Shown: piece by piece, positions 1 to 9,575 of the stretch
Numbering within the stretch: the stretch's first letter is position 1
Layout of the letters: every line of letters starts with the position of its first letter
IMG/VR virus record: IMGVR_UViG_3300025154_000149
Coordinates: 1-48,337 of that record
Reading direction: 5' to 3' (one strand)
DNA from: a virus
Lineage: Duplodnaviria; Caudoviricetes
DNA: 48,337 bases
The notes under the pieces: generated by a model
The model's database searches: none
The model's input: only the letters and a program-made list of their open reading frames with translations
What the model was told of the DNA's origin: nothing
Made by a program: the position numbers and the translations under genes

Positions 1-182
1 CTCTCCCGCATGTGTAATTACAACAAAATGCCAAAAGCGGATATATGACAACTGCCAACAGTACAGATATATAAATAATAATTAGTATATACATTCAATA
101 GCATGAATAAGGGGAAGGATTTTCAAAAATCCAACCAGCGTGGGTATGTATTGACATTTTTGACTGTGTAAATTGTCAATGC

Positions 183-1898
183 CTATCTTCCTCTGATCTT
201 TGCAGTGTAAGAGTGCGATGCATTTTTGTTCTTGACAATAGCCAGGTACTTAGGCTTACATATGTAATACTTGAAAGCATCTGAAGGGTTCGTGCTTTCC
301 ATGGGTAATTTTTTAAGAGGCAAGGTCTTCTCGCTGCTCTTATCCTTCTCAATCATTCCTTTGCTATTTCTTTTAAGCGGTGCTTTTTCCAGGCTACTCT
401 TAACCTCTCTGCAGTTATGCTTATCAATCAATAGCTTTGGTAGGTTCCTGTTAGTTTCTCCCATCATCTCAACACACAAATCAAACTCTTCCTGGTGTGT
501 TACGTTACGTTGGTTGCGTGATTCCAGGATAACATGCCAACCGGTTGGTTTACCATACTCATCTGTTTGAATAGCATTCTTAAGCTTGGATGCCAGGTCT
601 TCATTAGCTTCGTTGTAGTTGTTACCTGCCCGGTCATAGCGCATCTTAAGTATTTTTGCCTGGTGTGGCGCAAAGAAGGCAATGAACTTATCAGCAAGGT
701 GACGGATCCACTCAGGCGATAAGGTATAAAAAAACTTAAGGCCACGGTCAACATGTTCCTGTTCCTGCCCAATGTACATGCTCATCATGTTACCAAAATC
801 AACGCCTGCTTCCAGTGGTTGATCGTGCTGAACATAACGAAGGCCGGAAGATATTTCCTTAATGGTTTCGGTAAGGCTGAATTTGTCGTAATAATCATAA
901 TTATATCCATCATCAAAAAAGTGATGTTTGTCCAGGTTACCATAGAACATTGCACCGGGTTCCAGTTTTGATCGTATTGAAAGTACAGATATCTTGTATT
1001 CTTCAATCTCCAGGTCTTTATATAAATCGTCAAAGAACTCTTCTGTAAGGATATCGGCATTTACATAACTGCTAACTACATAGAAAAAGGTTGAATTTTT
1101 GCGAATTTTACGGAAACGCTCTTCCCATCGTTCAAGTTTTTTATTGACTTTTTCAAGTTCAACGGAATTTTGCTCATTAAAAGCAATATAATGTTCTTTC
1201 CGGATATCGTTAAGTATAAAAGCACAATCCAATATCTGAAGGATTTGCTTTTTATTCATTGCCTTTTCCATATCATACATCCAATCGTCTTCATTGTGCA
1301 TTGGGTTAGCTGAGTCGGAAGTAAATGTCTGGCCACGGTAATAAGGAGAATGCCCAAAACGGATGTAATCTCCACGTATGGCAGGGGTTAATTTATTCAG
1401 TTTTTCTTTTTTAAGGTATTTCGATTCGTCACCGAACAGGTGTACATAAGAGTTACCTGCTCCTGTACTAGGCCTGTCCATACTAACCAGGTTAAAAGTG
1501 CAGCCATTAAAAACTGAAATAGTGTGTTTATAGGATATCAACCGGTTGTAGGGTTTTTTAAAGTGTGTTGGCGGGGCTTTGTCAACCACATAATGAATGT
1601 CTTCTATCCATTGCTTACGTTGCCAACCTTCGAATAATGCTTTGCAAACATTGGTAACCAGGTTCATATAAGTATCGCCAACCAAAGCAAAAGGAGCACG
1701 TGGCATATCGAAAACAATATCCTGGCTTCTTTCGGCCATTATATCTGATGTTTTTCCGGTTGCACGTCCGGCAAACAAATACAGATTTTTTGGAGCAATC
1801 AGGTCAATCACCATTTTCAGCCAATTGGCATACCGGAGCTCGGTGTTTGAATTATTCAGTTTCAGTGTCTTCCTGGTCGCCATCGGCAAATAATTCAA
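183..1898 (-). CDS. terL: Terminase large subunit
   Basis: Walker A GRATGKT, Walker B LFGDESKY, C-terminal nuclease-like acidic motifs (GVDFGN, TNPSDAFKY); 571 aa; start may be 1883. Confidence 0.85.
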   Translation of the reverse strand: MNYLPMATRKTLKLNNSNTELRYANWLKMVIDLIAPKNLYLFAGRATGKTSDIMAERSQDIVFDMPRAPFALVGDTYMNLVTNVCKALFEGWQRKQWIEDIHYVVDKAPPTHFKKPYNRLISYKHTISVFNGCTFNLVSMDRPSTGAGNSYVHLFGDESKYLKKEKLNKLTPAIRGDYIRFGHSPYYRGQTFTSDSANPMHNEDDWMYDMEKAMNKKQILQILDCAFILNDIRKEHYIAFNEQNSVELEKVNKKLERWEERFRKIRKNSTFFYVVSSYVNADILTEEFFDDLYKDLEIEEYKISVLSIRSKLEPGAMFYGNLDKHHFFDDGYNYDYYDKFSLTETIKEISSGLRYVQHDQPLEAGVDFGNMMSMYIGQEQEHVDRGLKFFYTLSPEWIRHLADKFIAFFAPHQAKILKMRYDRAGNNYNEANEDLASKLKNAIQTDEYGKPTGWHVILESRNQRNVTHQEEFDLCVEMMGETNRNLPKLLIDKHNCREVKSSLEKAPLKRNSKGMIEKDKSSEKTLPLKKLPMESTNPSDAFKYYICKPKYLAIVKNKNASHSYTAKIRGR

Positions 1899-2475
1899 TA
1901 TCGGTTATCATAGCATCTGATCTGGCTTTGTCTTTTTCCTTTTCAGGGATAGCCAGGCTGTCAATTTGTTGAGCAAGTAAATTGCGGTCTGCCCGCTTAC
2001 GTCCAATCTTCTCCGGATCGAGCGTATATATTTTGAAAGGCCGTTGGAATAATTCTGGTGGCAGCTCTCTATCGTCTTGTAGATCGAGCTGACGCATTCG
2101 CGCTGCAGCATCAACTATTTTTTTGTAAACTTCAAGGTCGGCTACACTGGTAGATGCCAATAAAGCAAGGTCGGCAGCCCTATCAAGACGTGCGGCATAT
2201 ACGTTTCGCCAGGTTTGTTTTTTTATTTCGTTATCGGCATAAAATAGGTTGATTGCTTCATTAAATCGCTTTTTTGCAACATATTCTGAAAGTCCAAAAG
2301 GTGGTTTTTGCAAGAAATTTACAATAGAAGGGATGCTTTGATAACGGTCGTACATGGAGCGGATTATCTCTAACAGGCGTACATATTCAATCAGTTCGTC
2401 CGGAAGATCTCCCTGAGCTCCAGTCTCTATAAAATGGAGAATTTTTTCATAATTGAAATCATCAAGATATCCCAT
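1852..2475 (-). CDS. Putative terminase small subunit / packaging-associated protein
   Basis: 207-aa helical protein overlapping the terL start; positional inference. Confidence 0.5.
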   Translation of the reverse strand: MGYLDDFNYEKILHFIETGAQGDLPDELIEYVRLLEIIRSMYDRYQSIPSIVNFLQKPPFGLSEYVAKKRFNEAINLFYADNEIKKQTWRNVYAARLDRAADLALLASTSVADLEVYKKIVDAAARMRQLDLQDDRELPPELFQRPFKIYTLDPEKIGRKRADRNLLAQQIDSLAIPEKEKDKARSDAMITDIELFADGDQEDTETE

Positions 2476-2782
2476 CGATCATTTGCTTTTTAAGAAGTTC
2501 GAATTGTTTGCGCTGCTGAACTTTATCAAGGCGCTGCGATGCTGTAATATTTCCTGATTTTGCAGATTCAAGGGTTTGCATGTCCACTTCTGCCCTGGCA
2601 ATTAAGATACCTCTTTCGTAATGATAGCGAACATAGCTTCCTTTGTCGTTATATAGACCAACGAATTCTTTTTCCGGTATATCCAGGTACATAGCAATTT
2701 CTTCAGGTGTATAATTAAGTCCTGCCAATTCCTCAATAATTTGGGACTGATCTTTTTTAGCCGGTAAAATTTCGTCCTGCAT
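2462..2782 (-). CDS. Small HTH-like DNA-binding protein in packaging operon
   Basis: YTPEEIAMYLDI HTH-like segment; coupled to neighbours. Confidence 0.5.
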   Translation of the reverse strand: MQDEILPAKKDQSQIIEELAGLNYTPEEIAMYLDIPEKEFVGLYNDKGSYVRYHYERGILIARAEVDMQTLESAKSGNITASQRLDKVQQRKQFELLKKQMIDGIS

Positions 2783-3359
2783 TTTTTATAGAATTAAGCC
2801 TAAAATTGTACACTTCATTATTATTTAGAAAAATATACTGTTCATGTTGCGCATTTTCAGAAAAGTTGCCACTGCCCTCAATAACAAAATGTTGTTTATT
2901 TGCATTTATCAAGGTTACTTTTGAATGATTCCAAACATAATCAACTTTAATATTATTGCCTGCAGTAACAAGGCTATTGAGTAAATCAACAACTTTTGGC
3001 ATCCTAAACTTCATGCTGTCTGAAATAAATATATGAACGTGTTCTATTTTTCCGCGTTGCATCCAGCGGATGATTGAATTGACTATTCTTGTGTTGATGC
3101 TGTAAGTTGAAAACACAAGGTTATCAATTCGCCCTGTTTCATTAATAACAAAAGGGATGAAAGTAAATGCATTGAAGCTGTTGAGTGTCCACAAAAAAAG
3201 AATTTCATCATGTGCCGGGAGTTTGCCAATAAGCTGTTTAAGGGTATTGATTTTAACCATGTGCATTTTAGCAAACTTGTAACTGGCAACATCATCGGTA
3301 TTTTTAGTAATTGGTGTGCTGTTCTTTTTTATCGCTTCAAGCGAAAAATATTTATTCAT
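2757..3359 (-). CDS. Phospholipase D-fold (HxK) nuclease-like protein
   Basis: NHSKVTL...IEGSGNFSEN matches the HxK...GSxN signature of PLD-family nucleases. Confidence 0.7.
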   Translation of the reverse strand: MNKYFSLEAIKKNSTPITKNTDDVASYKFAKMHMVKINTLKQLIGKLPAHDEILFLWTLNSFNAFTFIPFVINETGRIDNLVFSTYSINTRIVNSIIRWMQRGKIEHVHIFISDSMKFRMPKVVDLLNSLVTAGNNIKVDYVWNHSKVTLINANKQHFVIEGSGNFSENAQHEQYIFLNNNEVYNFRLNSIKNAGRNFTG

Positions 3360-4153
3360 TTCCTGGTTTCGATAATCTTTTCTACCTCAGTTAATTCCCA
3401 GTTGTATTGATCTATGGCATCCAATTTCTTTTTATTTAAATGTGGTTTATCTTTCTTTTCAATCTCATGTTTTTTGCGAAGAATATATTTTTTAAGATTA
3501 TCCTTACGAATTACCAGGTCTTCGGTTTTCATTTTTTGTAAATCATTAATCATCTTCATTTTTTCAAAAACAGGATGTTCGCCAAGTACTTTATGATGTT
3601 GTTTAAAATACTCAAGTTCCTTATAAATTTCACGGTTAAGCATAAAGTTCTCAACCGTATCGCGAACAGCATTAAACTGTTGCTCAGGGGTTACAACTTC
3701 AAATAAGGCTTTGTGTGATTCCCTGTAAGCCCTGAATGCTGTAATTTTATCGGCTACCAGTATTTTCAATTCATCGGGGCATGCCGAATCGCTTAAAAAT
3801 GGAAATTCGTCGCGAAGCTTTTGTTCTGATTTAATATTAAGTATTGTTTTACGGGATTCAATATCATCCTGGCTACCAACAATAACTACCTTAAGCTTTG
3901 CTTCTTGCTTTTCTGGTTTTTTGGCTTCGATTTTTTTTTTAACAGGGTTTTTTAACAGTTTGTTATACTCAACAATATTAATGGCTAACAATAGCCTGAA
4001 TTCTTCGAGCAATGCCTCGTAATTGTTTTTAGTAAAACCCTGGGTATTAAAAATATTAATATTGGCCCTGTTTTTTCCATAGCGGAAATAAAGCAAAACA
4101 CCGGTTTTAAACTGCCGGTCGTAAGTAAGCCAATCAAGAAGTTCCTTTTTCAT
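3356..4153 (-). CDS. Hypothetical phage protein, first gene of packaging operon
   Basis: 265-aa ORF preceded by a copy of the late promoter motif. Confidence 0.6.
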   Translation of the reverse strand: MKKELLDWLTYDRQFKTGVLLYFRYGKNRANINIFNTQGFTKNNYEALLEEFRLLLAINIVEYNKLLKNPVKKKIEAKKPEKQEAKLKVVIVGSQDDIESRKTILNIKSEQKLRDEFPFLSDSACPDELKILVADKITAFRAYRESHKALFEVVTPEQQFNAVRDTVENFMLNREIYKELEYFKQHHKVLGEHPVFEKMKMINDLQKMKTEDLVIRKDNLKKYILRKKHEIEKKDKPHLNKKKLDAIDQYNWELTEVEKIIETRK

Positions 4154-4163
4154 TTTTTTATTA

Positions 4164-4199
4164 CAAAGTTGTAATTACAATTTTAAGCTGAAAAGGACG
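4164..4199 (-). promoter_or_regulatory. Putative late promoter copy (CGTCCTTT-N20-CAACTTTG)
   Basis: One of six identically spaced copies upstream of late-region genes. Confidence 0.65.
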
Positions 4200-4201
4200 A
4201 A

Positions 4202-4230
4202 AAAAGCCCCGGTGAAACACCGGGGCTTTT
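4202..4230 (-). terminator. Intrinsic terminator after head operon
   Basis: AAAAGCCCCGGTG-AAA-CACCGGGGCTTTT perfect stem with A/T tails. Confidence 0.85.
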
Positions 4231-4263
4231 CCCTATTATTAACCAAACTAACTATGAAGAAAA

Positions 4264-5217
4264 TTACGTTCTACTTCTTTCAATAAATACGTCGGCTGCA
4301 AATACTTCGAAGGTAATGGTTGCCCCTGCAGTTGAGCTCCATGATACATCGCCTTCAAGAATGAATTCTCCGGCTGCATTAATGGTTGAAACTTCACCTC
4401 CTGAACCTATCAGGGTAATGATCATTCCTGCAGTAGCATCATCTAGGCTGGTTATTTCAACAGCTGCTGCGTTAGTAGCCGGAATTACATACCTGCCTGT
4501 TCCTGCAGCTACTGATGGAGTTGTATCGTCGGCAGCTATGGCGTTATCGGTGGCATAAGTCATGGTGCCATAGTAATGTCCAATAACAGGCCCTTTTTGG
4601 GTGCTTTCGAGCGAAATCATAGATGATATTTTATCCTTGTTTCCCTTAATGGTTGGCGTTAACTGAAGCGGGGCTGCTTCGTCACCAAAATACAAGGGTG
4701 TGGATCCGTCGGCAAACTCAAGAATAGCTCCTAAATTTTCATTGAGGTTATTTTGGATGAATTCAGCAAGTTCAAGCTCATATCCCGGGGCGTCGCCAAC
4801 TAATTTCTGAACAACTGCCCTGGCATCGGCATCACCTTCGGCGGCTCCTTCAAAATCAACAGTTCCCGGAGTTACTTCCAGTTTTATCATGTTTTTATTT
4901 GAAGACATTACAATATTGTCGGTAATTTTTACGCCTTTGGTATCACGTGCAGGAAAGGTTGAAACATCCCTATGCTGAAAAATGGTTAAAATGTGTTTAA
5001 TTGGTTTATAAGCCGGTGTAGGTACATCCTTTTTTAATACATCAATTGGCACATATGACATGATAAATGCACCCAACGCCGAAAAAGGAATGAACGTAAC
5101 GGCAAATAAAACGGGGGTTATTATTAAGGCAGCCATGGGCATGCCAATGCTAAATGAAAAAAGATTCCCGATAAACACGGAAAACAACAGTGCTGTTAAT
5201 ATTCTGATTATTTTCAT
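4264..5217 (-). CDS. Virion structural protein (possible major tail or decoration protein)
   Basis: Downstream of capsid; C-terminal ~90-aa domain resembles the two C-terminal repeats of the capsid protein; hydrophobic N-terminus (alternative start MSYVP). Confidence 0.55.
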   Translation of the reverse strand: MKIIRILTALLFSVFIGNLFSFSIGMPMAALIITPVLFAVTFIPFSALGAFIMSYVPIDVLKKDVPTPAYKPIKHILTIFQHRDVSTFPARDTKGVKITDNIVMSSNKNMIKLEVTPGTVDFEGAAEGDADARAVVQKLVGDAPGYELELAEFIQNNLNENLGAILEFADGSTPLYFGDEAAPLQLTPTIKGNKDKISSMISLESTQKGPVIGHYYGTMTYATDNAIAADDTTPSVAAGTGRYVIPATNAAAVEITSLDDATAGMIITLIGSGGEVSTINAAGEFILEGDVSWSSTAGATITFEVFAADVFIERSRT

Positions 5218-5564
5218 GATTTTTTGTTTTTATTGTTTTCTAACTGTTTTTTTGGTTCCGCATCTACGGTACCGGTATCCTGGGTTTCGCCAGTTTTTGT
5301 CTTTTCTGCTTGTTTTTGCTTTTCCAATAATTCTGCAGCTATTTTTTCTCTTTCTTTCATAACTATTGAAGGGTCAACACTAACAAGCCTTGCAAGTTCA
5401 GCCTCAAGTACCTTTTTATTATTAGGTGTTTCGCCACCAATAATAAATTTGCTCTTTAATTTTGCTTCAAGGTCAAATTCCAGATAAAGGGCAAGCCCTT
5501 GTCTGTAATTTTTGCTTTTGCCGGCAAACCACGCCTGTATTTTTTCGTTATTAACTTTAGCCAT
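5214..5564 (-). CDS. Hypothetical protein, head operon
   Basis: 116-aa ORF, ATGA overlap with next gene; N-terminus loosely resembles that of 3356-4153. Confidence 0.6.
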   Translation of the reverse strand: MAKVNNEKIQAWFAGKSKNYRQGLALYLEFDLEAKLKSKFIIGGETPNNKKVLEAELARLVSVDPSIVMKEREKIAAELLEKQKQAEKTKTGETQDTGTVDAEPKKQLENNKNKKS

Positions 5565-5580
5565 TTTATAAAGGATTTAT

Positions 5581-5606
5581 CCCCCCGGATTACTATGGCC
5601 GGGGGG
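5581..5606 (-). terminator. Stem-loop after major capsid gene
   Basis: CCCCCCGG-N10-CCGGGGGG; weak U tract, may be a partial terminator or RNA stability element. Confidence 0.5.
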
Positions 5607-5616
5607 AATATTTAAA

Positions 5617-7725
5617 TTAAGCGTTTCGCTCTATTTCAACATAATCATTATCTGCACGGCAGTATAACTTAATCCAATCACCCAAGCCAAGTGTCATTGC
5701 TGCTGTAAGATCAAAGTTACCTGCATCGGCAATGGTGGATGAATTTGTGTCAGATCCTCCATAAATGGTGTAGGTTACGCCTACGGTTGGATTTACCAGA
5801 TCAGTAATGGCAGTTGCAACGGTATTGGCAGAAGTAATGAATTTTGTTCCGCCTGATACATCCGGAGTTACATCGTCGGCTGCAATTACAAGAGCATCTG
5901 TTGAAGCTGTAGTACGGGCAAGGTCAATGATGTCGTTGGCTGCCCTTTTGTACAGGGTTATGGTATCATCAATATCCGGAGACCAGGCTTCAGACATAGC
6001 AGCAAAATTACCGGCTTTGGCTATGGTTGAATTATAGGCATTGTCGCTTCCGCATTTTAGTATACAAGTTTCCCCAATGGCCAGGTCGTCAATATCGGTT
6101 ATGGCAGTTGCCGCAGTATTTACTCCGGTTTTAAGCGAAGTATGAACACTTACTGTAGGAGTGGTATCGTCGGCATCAACAGAAATGAAATAAGTTGATG
6201 GTTCATCAACATCATTACACCAGATCATTTGATGTTCGTAATCCTGTTCTGAAGCAGAATCAAACTTCTTACCAACCAATATTGCTGCTGTACCTTCTCT
6301 CCAGTCTGCCCATACCTTTAAGCTACGGTCTTCCTGTTCAAAGTTAAATTTGTACATTTCACCTGGCTTATCTTCAAAGAAGCGGATATTTCCATCAATA
6401 GTCCAAACTACACGTTTTGAAACTCCCATAAAAGGCAAACCAACTGTTTTAATTGATTTGATAAATTTTACCTTTTCCTCAGGGCCTGTGTAATTCGAAT
6501 TAGATCCGTAATTGCTTTCAAAATTCTTATCGTAATAGATTTTTGCATCAGCGCTCATGTAACAGATCAATTCACCCGTGTCGCGAATATCCTGAGGGAT
6601 AAGCATTGAGCCTTCAAAAATATACTCAACAATATTGGAAGTGGTCCATTCACCCAGTTCAAACGCTTTAATTTGGAAAGCAGCAATTTTCTCTTTAATG
6701 AATTTCCTTAATCCGGTGGCAGCGTTAATAGCAGCTCCGGCAACACCAGTGGTTGGAGCTTTATAAACGCCGTTCATTCTTCGGTTTTCGCGTTCGTTAT
6801 GCAGTTTTTTAGCAGTTTCGCCAAGTATGTACTCAATAAAACTCCACTTCATAGCGTCAGCACCTTCTCGGTTCAAATAACCTATCCATTGTTTTTCAAG
6901 CGCTTTTAACTCAGTAAACTTATGATCAAGTTTTACATTGTACATTTTCAAAATCTCAGGCTCCATTTCATATCCACCTTTTGCGGTGTATGTATCCTGA
7001 AATCCTTGTGAAAATTCGCTAAGGAAAAGATTAACCAATACCGTTTGATCCTGGTAACCGCTTTCAAGTGGGAAGTATGCTTCTAAAGAAGGAAGTTTGC
7101 GTACAAATGATTTTATTGAATCATCTTTCCTGGTACGGTAATATGCGCCAAGATCAGCAGCAAGGCTTGAATAATCAATTGAGCTTGAAGCAACAATTTC
7201 GGCACCCAGGGCAGCAGCTGCCCGTTGGTTCCATGGACGGCCTTCTAATTTCATCCAATCTTTTTTGGTTTCGCCAAAAAGAGCAATTGAATGATCAACA
7301 GATCCGTCGGTACCTGATCCTGGTTTTTTTGGAGTTGGTTCCGGTTCGGGATCCTGGCTTAAGGTTACAATGGTGGATTGCAGGGTTGTAATTTGCCCTT
7401 GAAGTTTTGCTTTATCCGCTTTTTCAGCGGCAGTAAGCGCATGAAGGGCATCAAATTTAGTCTGCAAAGCAGCTAAATCGGTCTGTGCTTGTGCAAGAGC
7501 CTGGGCAGTTGCATCATCACCAGTACTGGATGCACCACCGGTACCGCCATTACCTGATTCATGCTTAGCCAGGTCTTCAATAAATTTACTTGTGAAGGCT
7601 TCACCAAAATAATTGGTTAGATTGGCCTTTTGTTCGTCGGTAACGATGCTCTTGCCATCTTCACCTTTGGCAAGGGCAGTTATACCCAAAAAAGCCAATA
7701 CACTTGCGAGAACTTTTTTAAACAT
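5617..7725 (-). CDS. Major capsid protein with N-terminal scaffold-like coiled coil and two C-terminal accessory repeats
   Basis: Directly after S49 protease; 702 aa; N-terminal coiled coil and Pro/Gly linker; two ADDxTPxVS repeats. Confidence 0.65.
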   Translation of the reverse strand: MFKKVLASVLAFLGITALAKGEDGKSIVTDEQKANLTNYFGEAFTSKFIEDLAKHESGNGGTGGASSTGDDATAQALAQAQTDLAALQTKFDALHALTAAEKADKAKLQGQITTLQSTIVTLSQDPEPEPTPKKPGSGTDGSVDHSIALFGETKKDWMKLEGRPWNQRAAAALGAEIVASSSIDYSSLAADLGAYYRTRKDDSIKSFVRKLPSLEAYFPLESGYQDQTVLVNLFLSEFSQGFQDTYTAKGGYEMEPEILKMYNVKLDHKFTELKALEKQWIGYLNREGADAMKWSFIEYILGETAKKLHNERENRRMNGVYKAPTTGVAGAAINAATGLRKFIKEKIAAFQIKAFELGEWTTSNIVEYIFEGSMLIPQDIRDTGELICYMSADAKIYYDKNFESNYGSNSNYTGPEEKVKFIKSIKTVGLPFMGVSKRVVWTIDGNIRFFEDKPGEMYKFNFEQEDRSLKVWADWREGTAAILVGKKFDSASEQDYEHQMIWCNDVDEPSTYFISVDADDTTPTVSVHTSLKTGVNTAATAITDIDDLAIGETCILKCGSDNAYNSTIAKAGNFAAMSEAWSPDIDDTITLYKRAANDIIDLARTTASTDALVIAADDVTPDVSGGTKFITSANTVATAITDLVNPTVGVTYTIYGGSDTNSSTIADAGNFDLTAAMTLGLGDWIKLYCRADNDYVEIERNA

Positions 7726-7736
7726 TGTATTAGAAT

Positions 7737-8609
7737 TTAAGATTTAACATAATTATAAGCTAAGCCCAAATCGTGGGCGGTTTTAAGTGCGTATTGAAGG
7801 GTTCCTATTTCGTGGCATAAGCCAACTCTAATGGCATCTTCAGCATAATAAACATCTGCGCTAAATACTTCTGATCCGGCAGCAATGCCCATATTTTTAC
7901 TAATTGATGCATGAAAAATATTGTTGATATAATCAAGCCTGGCTTTAATTGGCTCTTCGTTGTTTTCGTCTACCAACTGGCGATATTCATAATCCTTTTT
8001 TACAGATAAAGTGGCATATACATCCTTTATAAAAATTCCGAGCTTATCGCGCAAAAATGAATTGATATCCATAATGTTGGTTTTTACTCCTATGCTTCCA
8101 ATCATATCAAGTTTGCTTGATGCAATAATTTTGTTGCAGCCTGAAATAAGCCACATGCCGGCACTGGCACACATTGAAGAAACAAAACCAACGGTTGGCT
8201 TTTCGCATTGAGCAATAGCTTCTGCAGCCAGATCGGTATTATTTACCATTCCGCCCGGAGTTTCGAACCAGAAAAAAAGTGATCCTATTTTAGGATTGTT
8301 TTCAGCTTCGCGGATACGATTCATTAACGACATGGTACCTGAATAGCCATATTTCATAATAACACCCATAATCGGTATTACAGCAATTGAGTTTTCAGGA
8401 ATGTTTGTATCGGTAAGTTCAAATCGGTCAACCGTATTTATTGATGAAGCAATAACATAAGGTTTATGTTTAGCCTGGTCAGTAATAAAAATATTGGAAG
8501 AAAGCTCTCCGCGCTGGAGAAACGACAGGATATAAGGAATGAATTTAAGGGCTGTATCCTGGTGGATCAGCCATTGGGCAGATAAAACTTCTTCAACCTT
8601 GTCGAACAT
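7737..8609 (-). CDS. S49 (SppA/ClpP-like) prohead maturation protease
   Basis: ETPGG, MCASAGMW (catalytic Ser), IGSIGV, AIRVGLCHEIG motifs. Confidence 0.85.
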   Translation of the reverse strand: MFDKVEEVLSAQWLIHQDTALKFIPYILSFLQRGELSSNIFITDQAKHKPYVIASSINTVDRFELTDTNIPENSIAVIPIMGVIMKYGYSGTMSLMNRIREAENNPKIGSLFFWFETPGGMVNNTDLAAEAIAQCEKPTVGFVSSMCASAGMWLISGCNKIIASSKLDMIGSIGVKTNIMDINSFLRDKLGIFIKDVYATLSVKKDYEYRQLVDENNEEPIKARLDYINNIFHASISKNMGIAAGSEVFSADVYYAEDAIRVGLCHEIGTLQYALKTAHDLGLAYNYVKS

Positions 8610-8625
8610 ATTGCACTTTTGACTG

Positions 8626-8661
8626 CAATATTATAGGCATTAAGAAGCTTTGAAAAGGACG
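8626..8661 (-). promoter_or_regulatory. Putative late promoter copy (CGTCCTTT-N20-TAATATTG)
   Basis: Same motif and spacing; upstream of protease-capsid operon. Confidence 0.65.
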
Positions 8662-8695
8662 TAAATACTAATATTAAGCTATAAATTAATTAAGA

Positions 8696-9004
8696 TCAAT
8701 ACTTTATTATTGTGGTTATATCATTAAAAAAAGTAGCAACTAATTCATGTGAATCAATGTCAATAAATTTTACCGGCTTCTTTTTATTAAAATCTTTTTT
8801 CCCAACTAATCCACAATAGATATATAGATTTTTGCACCAATTCTTTTTGAATTCTTCATCCTTGCCACTCCATAATGCTTCATGATAAAAATGTAATTCG
8901 TTAAACTGAAATACTGGTTTTATCAAATTCATTTTAATAAGATTTTCAACGCCTGCAATTTTTTCAAGCATTTTTGAATAATCCGGATTATTATTTTTTT
9001 TCAT
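8696..9004 (-). CDS. Hypothetical protein
   Basis: 102-aa AT-rich ORF in operon orientation. Confidence 0.5.
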   Translation of the reverse strand: MKKNNNPDYSKMLEKIAGVENLIKMNLIKPVFQFNELHFYHEALWSGKDEEFKKNWCKNLYIYCGLVGKKDFNKKKPVKFIDIDSHELVATFFNDITTIIKY

Positions 9005-9021
9005 AATATTTAATTAATAGG

Positions 9022-9477
9022 TTAACTTTCTTCCAACCAAAATGCTTTGTCAAAATCGGTGCGTGTAATTATTATTGAATGACCTGTTTTTTGGTTAATA
9101 TTTAAATTATCGCTCAGCTCGGCATAGTTTGTTTTGTTACCCATTATTTTAACTTGCCCCGATGAATAAACAATTTTTACAACAATAGGCCTGTTTTCGA
9201 GTATAGTAAAGTTAAAAACATTGCCTTCATCTTCGCCAGGATAAAATGCACTTAATTTTTGTTCATATATTTTTCCGGCATTGGTGTCCTTACCCGGTTC
9301 AGAATAATTAGCTGATCCGGGAGAAAAATATAAACTACGCCAGGCAGCACCAGAAACAAATGTAACTGTTTTGTGTTTTTTTGTAGTACCCTGGTTTATA
9401 CTATCAATTTCTGATACAAACGCATAGTAAATTTTTGCGATGGTTTGCGCTAAATTTGTGTTTTTTACCTGTGACAT
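9022..9477 (-). CDS. Hypothetical phage protein (possibly structural)
   Basis: 151-aa beta-rich ORF upstream of head genes. Confidence 0.55.
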   Translation of the reverse strand: MSQVKNTNLAQTIAKIYYAFVSEIDSINQGTTKKHKTVTFVSGAAWRSLYFSPGSANYSEPGKDTNAGKIYEQKLSAFYPGEDEGNVFNFTILENRPIVVKIVYSSGQVKIMGNKTNYAELSDNLNINQKTGHSIIITRTDFDKAFWLEES

Positions 9478-9502
9478 GGCTAAGTTGTTTAATATTAATT
9501 GA

Positions 9503-9541
9503 TTGACACATTATTGACAAATGTTTGACACTTTTTGGACA
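9503..9541. repeat. Four T(T/G)GACA direct repeats at exact 11-bp period
   Basis: TTGACA at 9503, 9514, 9525 and TGGACA at 9536. Confidence 0.75.
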
Positions 9542-9575
9542 AATAAGCCGAAATAGTGGCAAAAAAAATATTTAT

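Noticed and set aside
1-182. Terminal direct repeat matching the window end
   Set aside because: No match seen between the first and last ~200 bp, so circular completeness is not demonstrated
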